Below, one piece after another: positions 1 to 12,096 of a stretch of DNA of 32,000 bases. The notes beneath the pieces were generated by a model, which saw nothing but the letters and a program-made list of their open reading frames with translations, had not been told where the DNA came from and did not search any database. The number at the start of each line of letters is the position of its first letter. Positions within the stretch are counted from its first letter, which is position 1. Source of the stretch: Micrococcus luteus NCTC 2665 (lineage in GTDB: Bacteria > Actinomycetota > Actinomycetes > Actinomycetales > Micrococcaceae); NCBI RefSeq assembly GCF_000023205.1, contig NC_012803.1:420001-452000 (forward strand), in the 5' to 3' direction. A program made the translations under genes and the position numbers.

Positions 1-4980
<4,980 letters not shown>

Positions 4981-5168
4981 TCTTATCCCATTGCTTGCTT
5001 CAAGGTGATGGGTTGGTGTTCGCGTCCACTGTGCGGTTGTCTGATTGCAGCCGGTTGTCCACGTGTTGGTGGGTGGTTGAGGTGTTTCAGTTGAATAGTG
5101 TCACTGTTGTGTGACCCGTAGGTTTCCCTGCTGTTGCCCGTGTTGAGGGTGGTGGTGTGGGGTTAGGG

Positions 5169-5286
5169 TTACGGCGGTCATAGCGTGGGGGAAACGCCCG
5201 GTTCCATTCCGAACCCGGAAGCTAAGGCCCACAGCGCCGATGGTACTGCAACCGGGAGGTTGTGGGAGAGTAGGTCGCCGCCGGAC
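5169..5286 (+). rRNA. rrf: 5S ribosomal RNA
   Basis: The sequence gttacggcggtcatagcg...ccgaacccggaagctaag...gggagagtaggtcgccgccggac has typical 5S conserved blocks. Its length is about 118 nt. Confidence 0.93.
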
Positions 5287-5295
5287 ATTCTTTGA

Positions 5296-5330
5296 GGGAG
5301 GGCCTCGCACTGTTGGTGCGAGGCCCTTCC
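5296..5330 (+). terminator. rrn operon terminator hairpin 1
   Basis: The stem gggcctcgcac / gtgcgaggccc has loop tgttg and is extendable to about 15 bp. It lies immediately after the 5S gene. Confidence 0.7.
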
Positions 5331-5357
5331 CGCATTCCCGGGAGGATTCACCGGGCG

Positions 5358-5385
5358 GCCCCGTGCGATGAGCACGGGGCTTTCT
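5358..5385 (+). terminator. rrn operon terminator hairpin 2 with a T-tract
   Basis: A 9-bp stem gccccgtgc / gcacggggc has loop gatga and is followed by tttct. Confidence 0.7.
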
Positions 5386-5414
5386 GCGTTCCCGGGTGCA
5401 TTCGCCCGCGGCGC

Positions 5415-5843
5415 TCAGAGCTCCTCGCCGGCCCGCAGTCGTGCCGTGAGCGCGCGGGTGAGTCGGCGGCGCAGCCGGCCGTGCTCCGTGCGCTGCTCCA
5501 GAAGGCGCGCGTGCACGGCGTCGGCGTGTGCCGGCTTGTCCGAGTCTGGGAGTGCGAGGAAGTCACGCAGCAGCGGCTCCAAGCGCCCGGTGAGGGCGAG
5601 CACGAGCTCCTGGGTCTCTAGGGGCCGTGTGCGTTGCAGGCGAGTCCAGGCCGGCGCGTACTCGGCGGCGTGCTCGACCATCTCCCATGCGAGGGCCCAG
5701 CTGTCCGGGCGCAGTCGGTGCCGCTCCGCGCGCAACATCTGTCGCAGGGCGGCCACGGCCTCCTCGAGCTCGGCCGCGGCCGGGGCGCCATCGTCGTCGG
5801 GGGAGGCGCTCGCGGAGGAACGCGGGAACGGCCACCAGCTCAT
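5415..5843 (-). CDS. Hypothetical protein (142 aa), no family recognised
   Basis: An ORF runs from the internal ATG at 5843 (MSWWPFPRS...). GC3 is high in this frame and the amino-acid composition is normal. The overlapping plus-strand ORFs are Arg/Ser/Ala junk. Confidence 0.55.
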   Translation of the reverse strand: MSWWPFPRSSASASPDDDGAPAAAELEEAVAALRQMLRAERHRLRPDSWALAWEMVEHAAEYAPAWTRLQRTRPLETQELVLALTGRLEPLLRDFLALPDSDKPAHADAVHARLLEQRTEHGRLRRRLTRALTARLRAGEEL

Positions 5844-5911
5844 GCCGGCCTCTCTCGGATTCGCGGGATGCGCAGAGGTCTCACGCGTGCGATTCTGCCC
5901 CGCATCCCGGT

Positions 5912-5940
5912 TTGGCGGCACCCGCTGCGGCTGGTATAGT
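5912..5940 (+). promoter_or_regulatory. Putative sigma-A-type promoter for tRNA-Pro
   Basis: TTGGCG (5912-5917), a 17-nt spacer, then TATAGT (5935-5940). This is about 35 nt upstream of the tRNA. Confidence 0.5.
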
Positions 5941-5974
5941 CGCTCTCTGTTGGATTCAGGTCTGAGACCTCCAA

Positions 5975-6084
<110 letters not shown>

Positions 6085-6116
6085 CTCGTCTCCGGGTGCT
6101 CACCGGGTGCGGGGCG

Positions 6117-6479
6117 TCAGTCCCGGCGGGACTCCAGGAACTGGAGGTGCTCGGCGTGCGCCGGGTCCACTTCGCCGGCCACGTCGTCGTGTTCCTCCAC
6201 CCAGTCCTTCACGTACGGGCACACGGGGACGATCCGGCGGCCCGCGGCCACGGTGTCCTTCAGCGCCTCGCGCACGAGGGTCGAGGCCAGGCCCCGGCCC
6301 GCGTACTCGTGGTCGACCTTGGTGTGCGGGAAGATCCGCTGGGCCGGGCCGTCGGCGGTGTCGTAGTCGATCGCCACCGTGAAGCCGGCCACCGTGCCCG
6401 CGTCGTCGACGACGATCTCGTACCCCTCCGCGTTCTTGCGGACCTGCGGGTGCTCCAGGCATGGGGTCTGCTCGGTCAT
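6117..6479 (-). CDS. Small GNAT-family N-acetyltransferase (YjdJ/Acetyltransf_CG-like, 120 aa)
   Basis: The motif HTKVDHEYAGRGLASTLVREAL...VPVCPYV is typical of about-100-aa single-domain GNATs. The RBS gagagga lies upstream of the ATG at 6479. Confidence 0.7.
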   Translation of the reverse strand: MTEQTPCLEHPQVRKNAEGYEIVVDDAGTVAGFTVAIDYDTADGPAQRIFPHTKVDHEYAGRGLASTLVREALKDTVAAGRRIVPVCPYVKDWVEEHDDVAGEVDPAHAEHLQFLESRRD

Positions 6480-6537
6480 GGTCGGTCCTCTCGTTCCTGG
6501 GTGGACCCCGCCGCCGGGCCGGTGACGGGGAAGGGGG

Positions 6538-7035
6538 TCAGTCGTCCCGGCGCCGCACGGGGTGATGGGACAGGATCGAGATGCGGTTCGTCAGGTTCAT
6601 CACCATCGCGACCCACTGCACGGCCGCGTACTGGGCGTCCGTGAGCACGGCGGCCGTGGAGGCCTGCACGTAGTTCAGCTGCTCCTGCTCGGGGAGGTCC
6701 GTGACCGCCTCGGCGAGCTCGAGCGCGGCGCGTTCCTGCTCCGAGTACACGGCCCCGGCCTCACGCCATGCCGGCAGCAGTCCCAGGCGCTGCACGCTCA
6801 GACCTGCGTCGGCGCCCTGGCGGGTGTGCCGGTCCAGGCAGAACCCGCAGCCGTTGAGCTGGGAGACCCGGAGGTTCACGAGCTCCACGAGCTGCCGGTC
6901 CAGCCCGGCCTGTTCGGCGGCAGCGCGCGCGGCCGAGGCCAGCGGCCCGACCGCGTGCCATGCCTCGGGCACGGCCTTGTCGAGGAAGAACGCGAGGGGG
7001 TCCTGGCGGGGTGCGGGGGTGTCAGCGGCGGTCAT
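6538..7035 (-). CDS. Carboxymuconolactone decarboxylase (AhpD-like) family protein
   Basis: The motif LVNLRVSQLNGCGFCLDRH (CxxC) is the AhpD/CMD signature. The RBS gaagga lies upstream of the ATG at 7035. Confidence 0.8.
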   Translation of the reverse strand: MTAADTPAPRQDPLAFFLDKAVPEAWHAVGPLASAARAAAEQAGLDRQLVELVNLRVSQLNGCGFCLDRHTRQGADAGLSVQRLGLLPAWREAGAVYSEQERAALELAEAVTDLPEQEQLNYVQASTAAVLTDAQYAAVQWVAMVMNLTNRISILSHHPVRRRDD

Positions 7036-7106
7036 GGTCCTTCAATGTCTCGCAGAACGGGGCGGTGGGCCAGGGGCCGGGTGCCGGTCCCGGACGAGCT
7101 TCTGGC

Positions 7107-7169
7107 TCAGATCCGGCCCCGATCGCCTCAGATCCGGCCCCGATCGCCTCAGAATCGGCCGGACGAGCC
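7107..7169. repeat. 21-nt tandem repeat (two identical copies plus one diverged copy) spanning the stop codon of the TPM/DUF5129 gene
   Basis: tcagatccggccccgatcgcc at 7107-7127 is identical to 7128-7148. The diverged copy tcagaatcggccggacgagcc at 7149-7169 carries the real stop codon. Confidence 0.9.
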
Positions 7170-8708
7170 CGCCCCGGAGAACGAGCCGCCCGAGGATCCG
7201 TAGCCGGTCCCGGAGGAGCTGGACTGCGCCTGGCGGTGGTCCTGGACGGACTGCTCGCCGGCCTGGTGGCCCGTGGTGAAGGCCACCACCGTCCAGTAGG
7301 CATCCGCCGGCAGCGCGGAGTCCAGGATCGAGCCGCGCGCGGACCGGGCCGGTCCACGGTGCGAGCGCAGCTCGTCGCGCAGCAGCTCACGCTCGGCCTC
7401 GTCCTCGCCGAACGCCGCCACCTCGGCGTCGGCGAGGGCGGAGACCAGCCCGGTCAGGCGACGCCGCAGCGCGTCCAGCTCGTCCAGCGCCGCGGCCGGG
7501 GTCAGGCGCTCCTCCTGCAGGTCCGCGCCCAGCGCCTCGAGCCGGTCCTGCGCCTCGGCGCGGAAGGATTCCAGCGCGGCGACCGCGGACCGGACGGGTC
7601 CGGCGGAGCCGACGGAGGAGGCCAGCGTGCCGACGGCGTCCAGGTCGGCCCGCAGCGGGGCGGTCTGCTGGTCCCACGCCGCCGACCACCCCGGGTGGCG
7701 GTTGAGGAAGGTGTTCGCCGCGGCCACGGCGTCGTCGAGGCGGTCGAGCTCACGGGCGCGGTCCCGGACGTCCTCCGCGGCCCGGGCGTGCTCTGTGCGA
7801 TGCAGGCTGCGCTCCGGCAGGGCCTCGAGGCGGTCCAGTTCCGCCGATGCCTCGAGCGCCTGGCGCCGGAAGCCGCGGAAGCGCTCCATCAGCGCGGCCG
7901 CGTGGGGCGAGTCCTCGGGCACCGTGGCCGCGTTCACCTCGGTGGCGTCCATCTCCAGGGTCACGGAGGTCAGGTGGGTGCGGGCCTCGGCCATCAGGTC
8001 GGCCGTCCGGCGGCGGCGACGCCGTCGGCTCGCGAGCACCGCGGCCGCGGCGCCGCCGCCCGCCACACCGACGATCCCCGCGCCGAACCACAGCTCGGGA
8101 GCCTGCCACCAGGGGCGCCCGATCAGCTCTGCGGCGGCGCCCGTCACCTCCACGACCGTGTCCGTCCATTGGGCCGCGCGGGCCGCCTCGTGGCCGGCCT
8201 CGCGCACATCCCGCAGCTGGTCCGTGCTGAGCATCCGGTCCTCGCCCACGTACACCCCGATCAACCGGTTGTCCGGGTCGAGCGCCACGATCACGAGGCC
8301 GTCGGCCCACTTCTGGCCGTCCGCGCTGAGCCAGTCCGGGTGCTCGGCGCGAGCCCGCTCGAGCACCCGCCCGTTGAACGCCTGGGACGCACGGTCGTCG
8401 TCCAGCGCGGAGAGGTCCGGGCCGCGCTCGGTGACCACGGCGACGCGGGTCGGCTCCCGGAACTCGATCTCCGCCAGGTCTCGGCGCAGCTGGGCGGGGT
8501 CGATCACGCCCGCGTCATCCACGAGCTCCACCCGGTCCCAGGCCACGGCGTGGGCCTGCGGCGCGGCGGCGACGACGGCGCCCGTCACCCCCGCCGTGAC
8601 CGGCAGGGCGACGACGGTGGCGGCCGCCGCCGGCCCGGTAACGGCGGCGGCGGACAGGGCGACCGCGGTGAGAGTGCGGCGGGCGGTGCGGTGTGGCGGA
8701 CGGGTCAC
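7149..8708 (-). CDS. TPM-domain / DUF5129-like membrane protein (519 aa)
   Basis: The GTG at 8708 is preceded by AGGAGG. The order is a signal-like N-terminus, a TPM-like block (LVIVALDPDNRLIGVYVGEDRMLS), a TM helix followed by RRRRRRR, a helical coiled-coil-like region, and a Gly/Ser tail. The ORF track's upstream extension overlaps the neighbouring gene and is Arg-rich junk. Confidence 0.65.
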   Translation of the reverse strand: MTRPPHRTARRTLTAVALSAAAVTGPAAAATVVALPVTAGVTGAVVAAAPQAHAVAWDRVELVDDAGVIDPAQLRRDLAEIEFREPTRVAVVTERGPDLSALDDDRASQAFNGRVLERARAEHPDWLSADGQKWADGLVIVALDPDNRLIGVYVGEDRMLSTDQLRDVREAGHEAARAAQWTDTVVEVTGAAAELIGRPWWQAPELWFGAGIVGVAGGGAAAAVLASRRRRRRRTADLMAEARTHLTSVTLEMDATEVNAATVPEDSPHAAALMERFRGFRRQALEASAELDRLEALPERSLHRTEHARAAEDVRDRARELDRLDDAVAAANTFLNRHPGWSAAWDQQTAPLRADLDAVGTLASSVGSAGPVRSAVAALESFRAEAQDRLEALGADLQEERLTPAAALDELDALRRRLTGLVSALADAEVAAFGEDEAERELLRDELRSHRGPARSARGSILDSALPADAYWTVVAFTTGHQAGEQSVQDHRQAQSSSSGTGYGSSGGSFSGAGSSGRF

Positions 8709-8770
8709 GGGGGCCTCCTGGACGGGTCGGCGGTCCCACCCAGCGTAGGTACAGCAGGGCCGGTGTCGCC

Positions 8771-9514
8771 TCAGCCGGTGGACGCGTCGGCGAGCAGCAC
8801 GGCGAGCCGGCCGGCGTCGTGCGCGGTGCCGAACCCCGCCGCCCCCGGCTCGAGGACGCCGGCCCGGTCGAGGCCCGTGTAGGGGACCGCGTCGAAGCCC
8901 ATCGCCGTGACGAGGGCGATCACCGTGTCGCGCGCGGCGGCGACCGCGGCCGGGTCGGCCGTCGCGTCGGCCGGCTCGGTGCCCACCGCGAGGGCGCGGC
9001 GCGGGGCTGTGGCACGCCCGGCATCTCCGAGGTCGTGATGCGAGATCTCCGAGAACGCGCGCACGACGGGCACGCGCAGCCCCGCGGCGGCCCAGCGCGC
9101 GGCGATCCGGGCTGTGCCCGGCGCGCCGTCGTCGTCGACCCACGCCGGGACCGGCTCGTCCCCCCATGTGTTGGTCAGGTCCACCACGGCGCGCGTGGCG
9201 GGCCCGGCGAGGGCGAGCGGGTCGACGTCGTCGAGCGCCTCGCGCGGCACGGCCACGACGACGAGCTCCGCCTCCGCCGCCAGGTCCTCGGCCGACACGG
9301 CGCCGGCCTCGGGCGCGTAGATCGTCAGGTGGCGCTGGACCGCCGCGGGGCGCCGCGTGCCCGCGACCATCACCCGCGGGCCGGCCGTGCCCGGGGCGAG
9401 GCGGGGGATGCGCGCGATCGCCCGTGCCAGCGCGGTGCCCGCCCGCCCCGCACCGAGGATGCCGACGACGCGGGGCAGGGCGTCCGCCGGCGCCGCCGCC
9501 TCAGACGAGTTCAT
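8771..9514 (-). CDS. NAD(P)-binding oxidoreductase, F420-dependent NADP reductase / ProC-like fold
   Basis: There is an N-terminal Rossmann motif VVGILGAGRAG. The start overlaps the upstream FAH gene by 14 nt (ATGAACTCGTCTGA). Confidence 0.6.
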   Translation of the reverse strand: MNSSEAAAPADALPRVVGILGAGRAGTALARAIARIPRLAPGTAGPRVMVAGTRRPAAVQRHLTIYAPEAGAVSAEDLAAEAELVVVAVPREALDDVDPLALAGPATRAVVDLTNTWGDEPVPAWVDDDGAPGTARIAARWAAAGLRVPVVRAFSEISHHDLGDAGRATAPRRALAVGTEPADATADPAAVAAARDTVIALVTAMGFDAVPYTGLDRAGVLEPGAAGFGTAHDAGRLAVLLADASTG

Positions 9515-10403
9515 TGCGCTGGCGTCCCAGCCCGGTGATCTCCACCTCGACGACGTCGTCGGGACGCAGCCACGGGCGGCGGCCCTCGGCGTCCCGGCGG
9601 GCCAGGGCGACCCCCGCGGGCGTGCCGGTCAGGATCAGGTCACCCGGGTTCAGGGTGATCAGCTGCGAGGCGTAGGAGACCAGCTCGGCGGGGGAGAAGA
9701 CGACGTCGGCGACCCTGTCCTCCTGACGCAGCTCACCGTTGACGTGCGTGAGGACGCGCGCGTCCGCCGGGAACTCGTCCGGGGTGACCAGCCACGGACC
9801 CACGGGCGTCGAGGCCTCCCACACCTTGCCCTGCAGCCACTCGGAGGTGCGGCCCTGGAAGCCGCGCATGGAGATGTCGTTGGCCACCGCGTAGCCCGCG
9901 ATGTGCTCCGGGGCGTCCTCGACGGCGATGCGTCGGCCCGGCTCCCCGACCACGATGCACAGCTCGCCCTCGTAGTCGACCCGGTGGTCCTCCTCGGGGA
10001 CCTCGATCGGGTCCAGTGCACCCGTGAGGGACTGCGGGAACTTCGCGAACAGCGTCGGATGCTCAGGGCGCTCCAGGCCCGTCTCGTCGATGTGGTTCGT
10101 GTAGTTCAGGCCCACGCAGAACACCTTGGTGGGGAAGGGCACGAGCGTGTCGTAGACGAGGCCGGAGGTGTCCAGCAGGAGGGACCGGTCGGCCTGCGCC
10201 GCGCGGAGGGCGCCCTCCACCATCTCCCGCTGCTCCTCCGGCGTGGCGGTGAGGTACTCGCCCACGTCGCGACAGTCCGGCAGGGCGACGGCGCGCACGG
10301 CGACCTCGGGGTCCTCGGGGTGCACGGAGGTGATGACCGCGGCGAACGTGGCGCCGGGGTAGGCGGCGTCGGAGTCGGGCTGGCGGAACGTGGCGAGCTT
10401 CAT
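9501..10403 (-). CDS. Fumarylacetoacetate hydrolase (FAH) family protein
   Basis: FAH-family blocks are present: KVFCVGLNYTNH, DYEGELCIVVG, GYAVANDISMR and PGDLILTGTPAGV. Confidence 0.85.
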   Translation of the reverse strand: MKLATFRQPDSDAAYPGATFAAVITSVHPEDPEVAVRAVALPDCRDVGEYLTATPEEQREMVEGALRAAQADRSLLLDTSGLVYDTLVPFPTKVFCVGLNYTNHIDETGLERPEHPTLFAKFPQSLTGALDPIEVPEEDHRVDYEGELCIVVGEPGRRIAVEDAPEHIAGYAVANDISMRGFQGRTSEWLQGKVWEASTPVGPWLVTPDEFPADARVLTHVNGELRQEDRVADVVFSPAELVSYASQLITLNPGDLILTGTPAGVALARRDAEGRRPWLRPDDVVEVEITGLGRQRNELV

Positions 10404-10468
10404 GGACCCATCCCATCACAGGGCGGCGGGTCCGGACCCGGGGCGGGCGGACGTGAGACGGTGAGGCC

Positions 10469-11512
10469 ATGAACACAGCCCCCACGCATCCGCCGCTCGA
10501 GCCCGACCCGACCCCGGCCACCCCGATCGTCCTCGGGACCATGGCCTGGGGGTCCGTTCCCCCGCCGCCCCCGGACGCCGATCCGGGGGCGGGGCCGGAG
10601 GGGACCGCGGGCGGGGCGCAGGCCGAGGCGGCCGTGGAGCGCGCCCGCCGCGCCCTGCGCGCCGGGATCGAGGCCGGCGTCGACCTGCTGGACACCGCGG
10701 ACATCTACGGGGCCGGCCGCTCCGAGGAGACCGTCGGCCGGCTGCTGCACGAGCTGCCCTACGAGGAGCGCTCCGCCCTGAAGGTGCAGACCAAGTGCGG
10801 GATCGTCCTGCGCGAGCCGGACCCGGCCGGGCGGCGCCTGACCCGCTACGACTCCTCGCCCGAGCACGTGCGCGCCTCGCTGGAGGGCTCGCTGGCCCGC
10901 CTCGGCGAGCAGCGCGTGGACACCCTGATCATCCATCGGCCCGACGTCCTCACGCCCGTGGCCGACACCGTGCGCGCCTTCCTCGACGCACGGGAGGCGG
11001 GCCTGGTCGGCAAGCTGGGTGTCTCCAACCTCGGCGTGGGCCGCGTACTCGAGTTCCAGCGCGAGCTCGAGAGCCAGGCGGCGGACGGGACCGGGCTGGC
11101 GTGCGTCCAGGTCGAGCTCGGCCTGCACCACCGCACCCTCGTGGAGGCGGTCGTGCTCGCCAACCACCCGGATGCCCCCGCGGACGCCGACGCCGGGCGC
11201 CTCGGCCCGGTGTGCGCCGCGGAGGGGATCGAGCTGCAGGCCTGGGGGCCGCTGGGGCAGGGCCGGTTCAGCTCCGGTGACGACGGCGCGGCCGGCGTCG
11301 TCGGCGAGGTGGCAACGGAGCTGGGCGGCAGCCGGGAGGTCGTGGTGCTCGCCTGGCTGCTGCGCCTGCCGTGGGGCGTGCGGCCCGTGATCGGCACCCA
11401 GGACCCGGAGCGCGTCGCCGCGTGCGCCGAGGCGGCCGCCGCGGCCGAGGCGATGGACTCCGCGCAGTGGCACCGCCTGTGGACCGCGGCACGCGGCGCC
11501 GGCCTGCCCTGA
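10469..11512 (+). CDS. Aldo/keto reductase
   Basis: AKR-typical blocks are present: LGTMAWG, LLDTADIYGAGRSEETVGRLL and LGVSN. It has a Pro/Gly-rich insertion near the N-terminus. Confidence 0.8.
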   Translation: MNTAPTHPPLEPDPTPATPIVLGTMAWGSVPPPPPDADPGAGPEGTAGGAQAEAAVERARRALRAGIEAGVDLLDTADIYGAGRSEETVGRLLHELPYEERSALKVQTKCGIVLREPDPAGRRLTRYDSSPEHVRASLEGSLARLGEQRVDTLIIHRPDVLTPVADTVRAFLDAREAGLVGKLGVSNLGVGRVLEFQRELESQAADGTGLACVQVELGLHHRTLVEAVVLANHPDAPADADAGRLGPVCAAEGIELQAWGPLGQGRFSSGDDGAAGVVGEVATELGGSREVVVLAWLLRLPWGVRPVIGTQDPERVAACAEAAAAAEAMDSAQWHRLWTAARGAGLP

Positions 11513-11548
11513 GCGACCCGCAGACGTGAGGGATGTCACACTGGGGGC

Positions 11549-12034
11549 ATGACCTTCGAGCCCGTCAACCTCTTCACCCCCTGGCTCGCCTACTGGGCGG
11601 CCGCCCTCGCGCTCGTCGTCGGCGGCATCCTGCTGGCCGCCGGGATCTGGCGTGAGCGCCGACACCGCCGGCACGCTGACGCGCACGGACGCAACACCGA
11701 GGTGGACGTCCTGGACAACACCCGGCTGCAGCGCCGGGTGGGGGCCGTGATGCTGGCGGTCGCGGCCGTGCTGGCCGGCGTGGGTGTGTGGACGCACCTG
11801 GCGGGGCTGGACACGCTGCGTCAGAACCTGACGGCCAAGTACGGCTACACCTCGATCGAGCGCATCCGCCAGTCCGGCACGGGGTTCATCATCGACCTCA
11901 CCCAGCCGGACGGAACCGTCCTGCGGGACGAGATGGTCCTGGTCGACCCCTCGGGCGAGCCCTTCGTCGGCGAGGACATCTTCCACAACCCGCCGGAGAA
12001 GTACGAGGACCTGCCGCTGCGTCCGGCCCCGTGA
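11549..12034 (+). CDS. Hypothetical membrane protein (two TM helices, 161 aa)
   Basis: There are hydrophobic segments WLAYWAAALALVVGGILLAAGIW and VGAVMLAVAAVLAGVGVW, followed by a soluble C-terminal domain. GC3 is high. Confidence 0.6.
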   Translation: MTFEPVNLFTPWLAYWAAALALVVGGILLAAGIWRERRHRRHADAHGRNTEVDVLDNTRLQRRVGAVMLAVAAVLAGVGVWTHLAGLDTLRQNLTAKYGYTSIERIRQSGTGFIIDLTQPDGTVLRDEMVLVDPSGEPFVGEDIFHNPPEKYEDLPLRPAP

Positions 12035-12096
12035 CCGCGCCCGCCGCCGTCCGCCGGGCCTGATGCCGCGTCGGGGGCCTCTGTTAGCGTCGCCGC

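Noticed and set aside
6117-6479. The small GNAT as a possible toxin of a GNAT/RHH toxin-antitoxin pair.
   Set aside because: There is no small antitoxin ORF upstream; the neighbour is a 165-aa AhpD-like enzyme. The protein matches the about-100-aa YjdJ-type GNATs rather than TacT/AtaT-type toxins.
7107-7169. Tandem repeats (here and at 25211-25318) as possible CRISPR arrays.
   Set aside because: The units are directly abutting, with no spacers. One array is inside a coding region and the other is only about 2.5 units long. No cas genes are present.
6960-8882. A 640-aa plus-strand ORF, plus several shorter ones, overlapping the TPM/DUF5129 gene.
   Set aside because: The composition is Arg/Gly/Pro-dominated junk. 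The minus-strand frame has an SD-preceded start, a signal sequence, a TM helix and a TPM-like block.
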